Shown: in pieces, positions 10,763-24,058 of the stretch
Layout: every line of letters begins with the position of its first letter
Numbering within the stretch: position 1 is the stretch's first letter
The notes under the pieces: generated by a model
Database searches by the model: none
What the model saw: only the letters and a program-made list of their open reading frames with translations
Told to the model about the DNA's origin: nothing
Position numbers and translations under genes: made by a program
DNA from: Eledone cirrhosa
Taxonomy: Eukaryota
NCBI GenBank assembly: GCA_964016885.1
Contig: OZ024740.1
Span: forward strand, 143,096,001 to 143,160,000
Length of the DNA stretch: 64,000 bases
Direction of reading: 5' to 3'

Positions 10763-11380
10763 ATGTGTTTTTTCCCTGGATTTCACAAAATCTGTGGATA
10801 AAATCTCTGTCTTGATTTTTTTGAATTGAGTTTGAATTATTTTCCCATATCTTACGTTAATTATTTTCCATTTTGGCGTTATATATTATGAAATACTTGT
10901 TTCTACGTTTGGCACAAGGTCAACAAATACCCGGTGCATTACTGGTACTTTATTTTATCGACCCTGTAAGGATGAAAGGCAAAGTTATCCTCGGCGGGAT
11001 TTGAACTCAGAATGGCAAGGACCGTAACTCTATACATCAAAGCATGGCGTCCGACCCTCTACCAATACTGCCAATCCACCGTCCTCTATATATTATGAAA
11101 TACTGTTGGCTTCTTGCTCACATTAATTTTCCCGCCGAGGTTGACTTTGCCTTTCATCCTTACGGGGGTCAATAAAATAAAGTACCAGTAATGCACTGAA
11201 TAATTGCTGGCCTTGTGCCTAAAGTAGAAACAATTAATTTCTATATTTTCATATATATATATATATATATATACAATATTAAATAAATGGAAAACTATAT
11301 TTATAAAACCATATCTATTTCATTATATATATTTCGGGGATATCATATTAACAATATGCTATGCCTTCATCAGACAAAAT

Positions 11381-11421
<41 letters not shown>

Positions 11422-11560
11422 TATATGTTGGTTGTTTACCGACACCTAAGTATGCAGGATGTAGCACTCGACAAAGTACGCAGGTTGGTTTGTTTACTCC
11501 GGAGTAATGTAAAATAAGTAAGTCAAACATGTTAAATTTGGCTTCGTTTATTATAAATTC

Positions 11561-11616
11561 TCAGCTATATATATTCCAGTGACAGCTATTATTGGCTGTG
11601 ACCTCTTCAGGCAGTA
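11561..11616 (-). ncRNA. Degenerate hammerhead ribozyme
   Basis: CTGAAGA-GGTCACAGC...GCTGTCACT-GGAA-TATATATA; short inverted duplication of the flank across the adjacent (TA)n. Confidence 0.45.
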
Positions 11617-12360
11617 CGAATTAATTTGTACTTATTTTATTTTATATATATATATATATATAAAATAAAATAAGTACGAATTAATTCGTACTCCCATTCA
11701 TGGTGACAACACCCACAATTGTTTCTTTTTCCGTCAGCCATAATGAAAACACAGTTTAAATTTATTCGTTATTTGATTGACTGTAGAGTTATTTTATTCT
11801 ATTCTGGATATTTAAACCGGATATCAGAATAAATAAAGTGAAAAATGTTTGATATTTTATATAGTCACAGCAAATCTTAAATTCTATGAAGTTAATTGCA
11901 ACTAAAATTTAAAAAAATACAAACTATTTTAATAAAAAAATTTATATAAAAATTTTCTGAGTGTAAAATAGAGAAACACAATATAAGAAAATATTACAGA
12001 TTTTGTTGTGTATACATATTTTTTTTGTAATGTGTTAATCTAAATTAGTCGGAAGCAAAATTGGACGATTGTTCGTCTGAAGTATACAACATGTAAACAA
12101 TAAATTCAGCAGTTTCCGTACCAGAAGTTGCTTATCTTCGCTTTCGTAGTCACTGTAAATGTTTGTTATTTCATTGCTCTGATACATTCATTTTCACTCT
12201 ATTCATCAATTTTATTACTATTTAAGCAGTTAGCATTTAATTATAACAAACATGCACACAACCTGGTTTGCAACTAGGAAAGCGAAAATAATCGACTGTC
12301 GAAGTTGTTTACATCGCGTTGTACCTCCCGAAATTGTTATGATATTTTGGTTTAACCACG

Positions 12361-12923
12361 TCACATACAGACACTCTGAAGTAAGATGTCCATAATGCCA
12401 TTTAACTGAACGTATTCCCGAACATAGAAAACATTATTTCTGTTTCTGGTTAACCTCTGTAGTTGTGCCGGGTCAGCTTCTCCGACACCGATGGCAAACA
12501 GCTCCGCCTTCTTCTGTCTTCTAAGCAATGCACCCCACCTTTCGGCTCTCTCCGCGTCGTGAAGAACACCGTCCGTTAGAATGACAACAGCCCGGTTCAC
12601 ATGCTCCCTGGCTCCCATTTTCTTTTGCAGACTCACCAAAGCAACGAACACAAGTGCCCTCCCCAAGTAAGTCGTTCCTTCGGGAGGTCCGATCTTATCG
12701 ACGGCGTCCAGCATTTGTTTCTTCTCCGTGTATCTGTTCAACTGAAACAAGCTGTGGGGTTTATCATTGAATAAGAGGATGCTGATCTGCATATTCTTCA
12801 TACCTATGTTTGTGGAGTTGATGAAATGGGTGAGGAAATGTTTCGTACTGTTCAGTCCAGTAACGTTAATACTTCCTGAGACATCTACCACAAACACCAC
12901 ATCGACTGGTTGATCACCACATT
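12361..12923 (-). CDS. Terminal coding exon: VWA domain with intact MIDAS
   Basis: [17 protein letters not shown] (DxSxS)...GTTYLG...ILTDG...LFAIGVG; TGTTTAG acceptor; stop at 12361; minus-strand AATAAA near 12211-12216. Confidence 0.93.
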
Positions 12924-12957
12924 CTAAACAATAAATGAAACCAATATAAATATACAG

Positions 12958-13010
<53 letters not shown>

Positions 13011-13234
13011 TAATTCAGCGAGAATCGTATTTCGGCTGGTAGAAAAAGCGAAACGAAACGCAAAATCGTAAAAATGCTGGCAAGCGCTCAATAGTTAAAA
13101 AAAATTAGAGCTAAACAATAAGTTAAAACACCATACAAAACTGAAAAAGTGGTTAAGAAGGCATTAACCGCCTAAGCCAAAAAACAAATCAAGCTAAACA
13201 GGTCAAACAAAATAAATGATATATATATATTCAG

Positions 13235-13268
<34 letters not shown>

Positions 13269-13323
13269 CTATATATATATATATATATACAGCTATATAT
13301 ATATATATATATATATACAGCTA

Positions 13324-13383
<60 letters not shown>

Positions 13384-16300
13384 CATATATATATACACAT
13401 CCATATATATATATGAAAAAGGAGTAAGGTTCTATACAAAACAGGTTTTCTTTTTGGTTTGTTTTTTAGATTTAATACTTTTATTATACAGAGCATATAA
13501 ATAAATTAAAGTAGAAAAGCATAACAAATATGTTTTATAAATTGCTCGCGATTCTTTCAGAAAGATATATTGCTGAGATGCTGAAGGTATCAGGAGAAGT
13601 AGGAACTAAACTGGTTGCACGCATCATCAACCAAGCTATATATAGCGGAGTCATACCCAAAGTCTGGTGCATCAGTATCCTTATAAATTGCTACAAAGGT
13701 AAAGGGGATGCTCTGGAGAGGAGCAATTATAGGGGAATAAAACTGATGGATCAGGTTATGAAAGTGGCGCAACTAATTAGAGAAAGGGTCACATTAGATG
13801 AGATGCAGTTTGGTTTTGTGCTTGGTAAAAGTACAACAGATGCCCTCTTCTTAGTGAGACAACTACAAGAGAGGTTCTTAGAGAAGAATAAGCCTCTATA
13901 CTTAGCTTTTGTTGATCTAGAGAAGGCCTTTGATAGAGTACCCCGATCTGTCATCTGGTGGGCCCTACGGAAACTAGATGTAGATGAATGGCTTACGCGG
14001 ACAGTGTAAGCTATGTACAGGGGTGCTGTCAGTAAAGTGAAAGTAGGAATGGAGTTTAGTGAGGAATTCCAGATACAAGTAGGAGTACATCAGGGTTCGG
14101 TCCTCAGCCCACTCTTGTTCATTATAGTCCTCCAAGCCATAACAGAGGAGTTTAAGACTGGCTGCCCATGGGAACTTCTCTATGCTGATGATCTGGTACT
14201 TATAGAAGAATCAGTAGAGGAGCTAGAGAATAGATTCTGGCTATGGAAACAGCAGTTGGAAGCAAGAGGACAGAGAGTGAACCTAGCTAAGACAAAAGTG
14301 TTGATAAATAGAAAAGAGGACAAAACTCTGATTCTATCAGGGAAATGGCCATGTTCAATATGTAGAAAAGGAGTTGGCATAAATTCTATAAAATGTACAC
14401 AATGCAAATCTTGGGTACACAAGAGATGTAGTGGGATAGCAGGCAAACTAACAAGTAAGGGAAATTATATATGCAGTAGATGTACAGGGAAATTAGACAG
14501 TAGAATTCGCAGTGATAGACACATTTTTCAAATGCGGGTAGGACCTATAGAGGTGGTTGTTAACTTCTGATACCTAGGAGATCAGATTAGTAAGGGAGGA
14601 GGGTGCTCCGAGGCCATAGTATCCAGAATAAGGACAGGTTGGAAGAAGTTTAGGGAGCTGCTTCCTCTGTTGAGAAAGAAGGGTTTCTCCCTATGAATGA
14701 AATGCCGGTTATATGATGCCTGTGTGAGAACGCGATGCTGCATGGTAGTGAGACATGCGCAGCAACTGTGGAAGATATGCGATGGCTGGAGAGAAATGAA
14801 GCAAGCATACTCTGTTGGATGTGCAATGTCAATGTGCATGAACGACCAAGCATAGACGAGTTGAGAGAGAAACTGTTTATAAGAGGGATAGGTTGTAGTG
14901 TGCAAGAGAGAAGACTGCGTTGGTATGGACATGTGATGCACATGGAGGATGACCGCTGGGTAAAGAAGTGCCAAAAAATCCCAGTTGAAAGAAGACGCAG
15001 TCGAGGAAGACCATGAAAAACATAGGCGGCGGTGATGAGGGCAGACCTCAGATCGCTGAAGCTCACGGAGGAGATGACAAAGGACCGTGATGAATGGAGA
15101 GATGCTGTGCTTAATAAAACTGTCCCACCTTTGCAAGCAGGAAAAAGTGGGCGTAAAATGATGATGATGATGATGATCTAGTCATTCCGATTCAGCTGCC
15201 CATGATGCAATAAGCAAAATCACTCAATGTTATTGTTATCATCCATTATAGATATGGAATCTTGTGGTTGGTGTAAGGACAGGGTTAAACATTTCAATGG
15301 AAAAAGAGATTTGGATTCCAAATATTCCTTTTATGTTGTATTATATGGCCAGCAGGCTTACATCATCAGATCATGATTCAAGTCATGTCATCAGGTGTAA
15401 TTCACAAAGATTAAGCAATCAATTACTGGATTATGGCAAATATAAACAAAGAATAGAATTGATACGGAGGCAGTATCAATTCTATTCTTTGGTTATATTT
15501 GATGAGGTCGCTATATGTCTAGCATCATGATCTGATGATGTAAGCATGCCAGCTATAGAAATACCTATTGCGATTTTTTTAACATTAAAGAAATATTTGG
15601 AATCCAGCCTTCTTTTTTCATTGAAATATATAGATACACACACACATATTAATAATTGTTTCTACTTTTGGCACAAGGCCAGCAATTACCCAGTGTATTA
15701 CTATTAATAATGCAATCCACCATGAAGTGAAATATGCTTCCCAAGCCCTTCAGTTCAAATGACAACATATAGGTCTCCTTTATTTACCCTCATATCCCAG
15801 TGAACATCAGATATTATCAGCACCAACTACAACAATGTGTTATTGATATTAGTGTTATATTTCTTTTACTCATTATAGCTACTGGAGCTACTGGTCAGAT
15901 TGGACAAAGAAAGAATGTTTCTATTGATCTTTCCATTGGTGAGACTATCTCTTAGTTGCATCTCCTGGCAGAAGTAAGTGGAATTTGAACGCAGAGCTTA
16001 CAGAATTAGATCAGATACATCAAAGCATTCTGTCTAACTCTTTAACAATTCAGCCAGTTCATTGCCACTTTGATTGGTACCTTATTTATTGAACCCACCA
16101 CCACCACCACCACCACCACAAAAAAAAAACAAAAAAACTAAAAGATATAGTTGATCTTATATGATCTTATATAGTTAATCTTATATGGAGACATAAAGAA
16201 ATATATGTCTTTTTTGAAATTGTATCTGCAAGTTTCTGAAAGAAGCTGGTTATTAAGTAATAGGTCATGGTTTACCTGGTATTTTAAGGCAGAAGGTGTC

Positions 16301-19300
16301 ATTCTTGTTGCGAGCAAATCCTTCTTCACACACACATTGGTATTTGTGGCCTTTTAGAATACACAGGGAATTGTTGCCACAACCATCAGGTAAATTTGTT
16401 ATGACAAGATTTCTTTTGCCTGTTGCAACTTTACGACATTGGACCATTGTGTTACATCCAGGTAAATGTATTGATTCACCAAGCTATGAATATTAAAACA
16501 TTATAATTGATATATAAACATACATGAAAAAGAAAGATGATCATCAGATTGAACCTTGGAAACTACATTTCCATTGTTCATTCTGTTGCTGTTACTCCCT
16601 GCCGGTTGCAACTCTTGGCAGAAAGAGGTGGGATTTGAAGTAAGAATGCACAGAGCCAGATCAGACACCACAAAGCGTCCTGTCCAACACTTTTAACAAT
16701 TCTGCCAATCCACTACCACTGGACTGGTACTTTATTTATCAACTCTGAAAAGATGAAAGACAAAGTTGACTTCAATAGGATTTAAACTCTGTGGGACAGA
16801 GCACTGAGGGACAGAACAAATACCAAGGCATTTATTCTGATACGTAAACAAAACTGCAAAACAAAATAATGAATTATGTAAACATAAAATAATGGACCAC
16901 ATAAACATAAAAATAGTGGACCTACATTCCGGGGGCTCATGGATACATACTCCATGCGTTGTTTGGCTCAGTTCAGCCAATCGCCACCAGCGTAGGAGAA
17001 TGTATCTCGACTTCCGCCCAGAGGGAAAAATTCTCGCGGCGCTTCGAAACTCTCTCTCTCTTGCTGCTTTGGACTCTGAAAGGTGAACATGCAATTATGT
17101 AATTGTGAGATTTTCACTTTGGCCTGTCGGCCTCCTTTGGCCCGGCACAGCGCTTTTTCTTTATTTCTTAAAACTCTTACTTTTGTTTGTTCTTTTCTTT
17201 GACTTGTCAACCCAGCTTAACTTCTGTGGTCGGTTGTAAATAAAGCTTGTAAAATATTATAAAGTCTCATAATATTATTTTCTACAAAGCCTACAATGAA
17301 CTACAACTACTTCAACAAACGTTCACTTTATGGTTAACTTTGCCTCTCTCTCACTTAACAAACATTACTTTTCTCACTATAACAAACAACAACAATAACA
17401 TATATTCTTTCTTATTAATATTATACCATGTAAGCATAATATTATTTTTCTGCTAAAGATCTAGCAGGTATAGTAAAAACTATCCTTCAAAGGGGAGGTC
17501 TAATAAAACTGAAATATGCTTGGAATTGTTCCCTTTCTTGCCAAAGATATATGCTTCCTCTCTCTACATATATATTTGTTTTCATTTATGAATATAGGTA
17601 TTTCTTTGAATCATGTTTGGCAGCAATCATCAAGTGCCATTATAAGTGTGAGTTCAATCCTTGGGTTAGTGTACCTATATATACTCTAGTTTAAGCAAAA
17701 CTAATAACTAATACAATGATATTCTGGGCATGGGAAATGGAATAAGAACAATCTACTCCCAAGGTTTGACTAAAGGGTTCAGTTCAAATTTATCAGAACA
17801 TTACTGAATACAACAGGCACCTGAAGAAGGTTGGATTTGAACTAAGAACATTAAAAAATATTGTCAAATATTACAATACCTTTTGTCTGACTTTCCAACA
17901 ATTTTATCACCCTATTTCAACAAGCTTTTTAAGGCTATTTTCTCAACTAAAACAGGAGTTGGCATTAGAAGCCTCTCATAAACTTCATATTTATCATAGG
18001 ATCCTTTTTTGAGACAATGTTTTATAGCTGGATCCCCTTCCTGGTGCTAACCCTTTCTCATTTCTTAGGAAATGCAAGGAAATGGTATATCTATTCTAAA
18101 CTGGATACAAATCCCGCCGAGGTTAACTTTGCCTTTCATCCTTACGGGGTCAATAAAATAAAGTACCAGTAATGTACTGGGTAATTGCTAGCCTTGTGCC
18201 AAAAGTAGAAACAGTTATATTGTTATATAATGAAAATTATATATATAGTTATATATAAAGAAATTGTTCCATTACCTGAATATAGAGGGAATTATTGTAC
18301 CAGCAGCCACAGTCTCGAGGGAGAACACATTTGTTATTATCCAATACATAACCCTCAGCACATGTACAACCATCAACGGGTTTTATTGGGCAGGTTTCTA
18401 GTGAGGGAACACAACTTTCTTCTGTTTCATTAACATGTTGGTTATACAACATTGGTCTACAGCAACTCACAGCTGAAAAAAAATGAAATAAGACCAAAGT
18501 TCTTTATAGTATATAACTAAAGGATAATTGCAAATGGCATCCCTGAATAATTTCCATTGGTCATTATGTTGTTACATCCACTTCTGTGCATACATGCAGT
18601 AATTCTTTATAATAGATGTAGCAGTGCAGGGAAGTTTATGCTCCATTAAAACTTGTTTACAGTTGTTATCCTGCATGTCAAAGATCAGATTAACTCTTTC
18701 ATTACCATATCTCTAATGAAATATGCTGCATTTGAATTAATGAAGTATTTGGAGAGATTTACTAAAATTATTAATTATTTTGTGATTAAAATGGTATTTG
18801 TAACAACTTATCAGATTTTTATATAAAATTATGTTGGAAAATTTAAATTTAAATAAGAATCCTTAAAATGAGTGGTTTTGTTTCATAGAACCAGATGTAG
18901 TTTTGGACTAATTGGCATCAAAAGGGTTAATTTTACACTCTCCACATACCTATTTTGATTAATTGAAATTTTGAATATTTTGGATTTTACACCACAGGTT
19001 GGCTTAGTTTATTACACTGAGTACTTCTATTTCTTTTTCATTTGGAATAAAATATTTTACATATATTTTTAAATATTATTACAAATGGCAGTGCCTGTGT
19101 TTATAAAATGAACTATCACACTTTTTGTTTACCAAGTTCCGTTCACAGTAAGAGAAGACACTTGCTCAAGGTACTGTAGAGTGATAGAAAACAAACTACA
19201 AAGTAGAGCTGTAGAGTGGTAGAAAACAAACTACACCACCTTTCAGTCACCAATTGTAGTCTGATACCCTATCAGCTTAGCTGAGTATTACTCAGACATG

Positions 19301-22300
19301 TGCACCCTTAAGATAGTTCTCAAAGAGATTCAGCATGATGCAATGTGTGACAACACTGACCCTTCAAATTATAGGTACAACTCATTTTTACTAGCTGAAT
19401 GGATTGGAGCAATGTGAAATGAAATTTTTTGCTCAAGAACACAATGCACTGCCAGGTATTATTACCTTATGATCGTGAACTGAACCTCTTACCGCAAAGC
19501 CATTTGCCTTCACAATAATCTATGTATAGTGTGAGGGTGAGCCTCATATACCAATGGGAATTTGTGACATTCTTGAAAAATGTTATCTTCATTTAATGTA
19601 TCTAAGATAAGTTAGTTTGGCAAGAATGTTTATCTTTCTATTTGAGAAGAGTTCATATTTAAAAGATTTTTGTTTTAGTGAATGCAAAAACTGATATACT
19701 TACGGCACAGTCGCTGTGATCTCCACTCCACAATATAACCACGGCTCATGCATTCCGTATCTAAGCTCTCTAATGCAGCACAGGTTAGCTTATCCATGTA
19801 GTCAGTGTAAGGTTTAAATGCACAGGTCATATGCATGCAAGAATCATAGTAACTTTGTACAAGACCATCATCTAAATAAGGATGACAGTCCGCAAACATA
19901 CCAGATCGCATCAGTTCACAGCGTTTAACACCCCTTTCACATTTCTTGATAGTTACAGGACCACAAGAACTGGAGAATAATGGAAAGTAAAATTTTTTTT
20001 TATCATACTGGTTTTGGTATATTTGTAATAGTGTCTCCCACAAGGGTTGGTGTCTCTCTATAAATGAGCAATAATGCCTGAATTCTCTGTCTCCCCATCT
20101 ATTACGACCTTATAAGGTTTTTCTATAAACTGTGTGTGACATGTATCTGCAAGAGTGGTACAACTTAATTTCATCATACTCAGACAGCTGATTTTACTAT
20201 TCATTCATTTCATTTCACGTCCGCTTTTTCCCTGCTTGCAAGGGTGGGACGGGAACTGATGCTGGCTTGATTTCTACAGCTGGATGCCTTTCCTAACTCA
20301 AACCTCATTTACAGTGAGTGCTGGGTGCTTTTTTGCCATGGCTCCTCCACGACCACTTTGCAGTGGAATGATATGGACCCCAGTCCCTATCATCTCATTT
20401 CTACAGCTGAGTAAACTGGAGCAATGTGAAATAAAGTGCCTTGCTCAAGGAAACAACACATCACCCGGTCTGAGAATTGAACTCACAACCTTTCGATTGC
20501 AAGGCCAATGCTCTAACCACTAAGCCATGTGCCTCATTGGTAGTAGTATTATTTATTTCAAAATGATATTCAACTAAGTTTTTTTAACAAAAAGTCTTTT
20601 TAATTTAAAAAACAATTTCAATTTTGTAAATCTATTCTTAACATCACCCTATTACCCCCACTAACCTTCCTCACATTACCTCTGTTTCATTGAGCTGTCA
20701 GTACAGGTTGAACCTCGTAAGTCCAGCACTCCATGGTCCAGTTACGTTTTGAATCTGCCTTGTACTATTATTTGCAAATTGTACACTTCTTTTGGTTTTA
20801 GACTTTATATTATGGAAGCATTAATAAATATTTTATTCCAAGTTTGAAGCTTTGTTTGTGATTTGATAAGACATCAGTATATATATGTGGAATGAGAGGA
20901 CAATACTATATTTATATGGGATCCCTTTTAGAAGTCAATTTCTATTTTCCAGTATTTTTCCATGGCCGGGTAAATATCTGGTACTAAGGTTTCCAGATTT
21001 TAAATGTCCCACTTGTATAAGGTACCAGATCATTAAGGAATATCACCCGTGATAGACTGATGTCATATCTTGGGTCTGGGAGAGATCTATCAATTATTGG
21101 TTTAACATCATAAAACTAAAACTAAATACTGGTCAGAGTGAGTTTCATGCAGTTTGATATCAAAAGGGTTCAGAGATGCATACACAAGACTTTAGTTGTA
21201 GTTATATTTTATTTAATCTGATGGGGAACAGGTACTTACTGTGAAGTATTCAGTGAATAGCTGCGGCCAACAATTTCAGAAGTGGTTGCAAATTTTCCGT
21301 GACTATTTTTGAGCTCATCATGAATACCATTGCAGTTTCCACAGATACCAGTTGGTTTACTTCGGTACTCCTTTGGTAAGAACATCTTTATTCGGTGTTT
21401 GCTGTCATAGCTGACAGACACTCCATCTTCAGAGCAGATGGTTATCCACCCTGCTGTGTAGCTTATGCTCACATTCACTTGATTGTCTCTGAATGGCAAT
21501 GCTATCTTGACATCATTCACCTAGATAGTGTAAGAGAATAGGAATCTTGCACTAGAGATGTTTGTGGCTGTGTGTATGTTCTTCATAATGATCTTTAATC
21601 ACTTTATGACTATATTTCTAATGAAATACTCTGTATTTTAATTACTGTATTTGATATAGGACATCCAAATCATTTCAGCAGGGAATATTAAGAAAAAACA
21701 TTAGCTTACCAGGTACCTCAACTTTACATATAAGACCCGAGTAATATATTTTAGCCATTTTGGGGGATGAAAAGGTCTTATGTACCATCAAAATACTGTA
21801 ATTAGTGAAGAAGTTTCAGGGATTTAATAAAATTATTAATTATTTCATTATTAAGATTGTATATATAACATAACACAAGGTTCTTTTATAAAATTATGTT
21901 AGAAGGTTTTAATTTAAATAGGAACCATTTTAAATGGGTGGTTTTGTTTCACAGAACGAAAGGTGGGTTGGAATCAAACAAATTATATTATGCTAGTAAA
22001 ACATGATAGAAGCCAAACAGTGAATGGAGAGGAGACAGCTAAATGTGCACATTACACAATTTTAAAATGTTATAAATTATAAAAATAAATTGTAATTTAG
22101 AAAATATATCTGTGTGACATATGCTGTGTAATAGAAAATTTAATTCTACTATGTATTGTAAAAGCCAATGAAAATGAGTGGTATAATACAATTCATTAAC
22201 AACTCTTGTCAATTGACTGACCTTGTTTAATAAGATGTAAACGATACTGTTGTCAGATATGATATAATATTGGTTTCTAATTTAAACGCTTGGCTAGCAA

Positions 22301-24026
22301 TTTGGAGGCAAGGGAAAGTTGATTAGGTTTAACCCCAAAAAGCAATGTTGAACTTAACAAGATTTGAACTCAGAATGTAAAGAGTTGGAATTAAATACTA
22401 TAAAGCATTTTATCCGTCACTGTAACACTTCTACCAATCCACTGGGCGACGAATTAGCAGAGTCATTAGAGCATCAAACTGTGCTCTGAGTTCAAATCCT
22501 GCAGGGGTCAACTATGCCTTTCATTCTTTCGGGTGTTAATGAATGAAGTGCCAGTCCAGAGGTGATGGATTATGGGATTATTAAAGCATCAGATGGGATG
22601 ATTTGTGGTATCTGCTTTCTGAGTTCATATCCTGTTGGCTATCACCGAAAAGGCAGTGACACATCTGCGAGATGTTGTGACTAACAGATAGTATCAGTAA
22701 AGGAAAGACTAATGAAAACAGTTTCCATGATCTGATCTGAAAATCAACTAAAAATAATAATTATTTTTAACATTGGATAGAGGACTAGTGGAGAGGTAGA
22801 GTGATGACGTCCTCAGAGAGACTCTGGGCATCGAAGATGATCAGCTGTTCATTCTCTTCAAGAGAACTTTCAGCCCAGGGCCTATGGACAACTTCCAGAA
22901 ATCCCTGGCCTGGCAGTGCTACAGGGGAGCGTTGCTGGTTTGAGATAAGCTGTACAGGCATGGAAGTGCCGTCAACCAAGCCTGTCCGAGATGCACACAG
23001 GGCAACGAAACCACCGTGCATGCACTCGTTCAGTGTCCGAGCATTGCTGACTTGTGGGGCTATGTCAAACAGTTGCTGTCATGTGTAGGATGGATCTGAT
23101 TATTGACTGAGTCCATTGTGCAGATAGCCCAGCTGTCCTCCTTTTAGGAGGAGGAAGGGCAGGCAGCTTTCATCTGCCTAGTGGCCATAGTGAAAGAGAT
23201 TGTGTGGTGGACAAATTTGAAAGGATTGAAGATGGACACTTTCCTCTCCAGCGAATCCCTGATTAACTTTTTCAAGTTTCACTTGAAGAGGAAATCAGGG
23301 TGGAGAGGCAAGTGCTGTCTTCTAGTAAGTTTGTTGAACGATGGGTGAAAGTGGCGATTCTGGTCTGACTGGACAGGTCGCTCTGAGTATGCGCCTGTAG
23401 ACTGAGGAGTGGGAAAACTGAGAGAGGGCACTAGCCGTGGTCTTTTGTGTGGTTTTCACCCCGAGTGACCCTCGGAGGTTTCCCCCCTATTGGGGAATTT
23501 TTGTTTGAATTTTTTAATTTGTTTTTACACATTTCTATTTTCTTGTTATAACCTTTTTACACAGCCAAAACCCACTTTGTATCGTCCTGTACCGTTCTGA
23601 GCCATCTGTAATGTTTTTCTTCATGTTAGCCCTTGTGACCAATAAAGAAATCATTTGGCAGTATCGGTAGGGGGTCGGACGCCATGCTTTCCAGCATAGT
23701 TACGTCCCTTTACGATCTGAGTTCAAATCCCGCTGAGGTTGACTTTGCCTTTCATCCTTACGGGGACGATAAAATAAAGTACCAGTAATGCACTGGGTAA
23801 TTGCTGGCCTTGTGCCTAAATTAGAAACAATTATTTTTAACATTGGCACAAAGCCTACAATTTGAAGAAAGGGTAAAGTTTAACTGGTACTTTATTTTAT
23901 CAACCCTGGAAGGATAAAAGACAATGTTAACCGGCCCTGGATTTGAACTCAGAATGTAAAGTGCTGTAACTAGATCCTATGAAGCATTATGTTTGATGTT
24001 CTAGTGATTTTGTCAATCCACTGCGC

Positions 24027-24058
<32 letters not shown>

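Noticed and set aside
10476-10829. [10 protein letters not shown] ORFs here and at 1764, 2332, 6942, 8530, 11287, 13216, 32504
   Set aside because: These are translations of (TA)n/(CA)n microsatellites.
20440-20536. tRNA gene candidates (also near 30200, 54950 and SINE A heads)
   Set aside because: These are tRNA-derived SINE heads running into SINE bodies; no complete cloverleaf or terminator.
20702-21018. Possible Tc1/mariner-type MITE (TA-CAGG...CTTG-TA)
   Set aside because: TIR match is too degenerate to support by eye.
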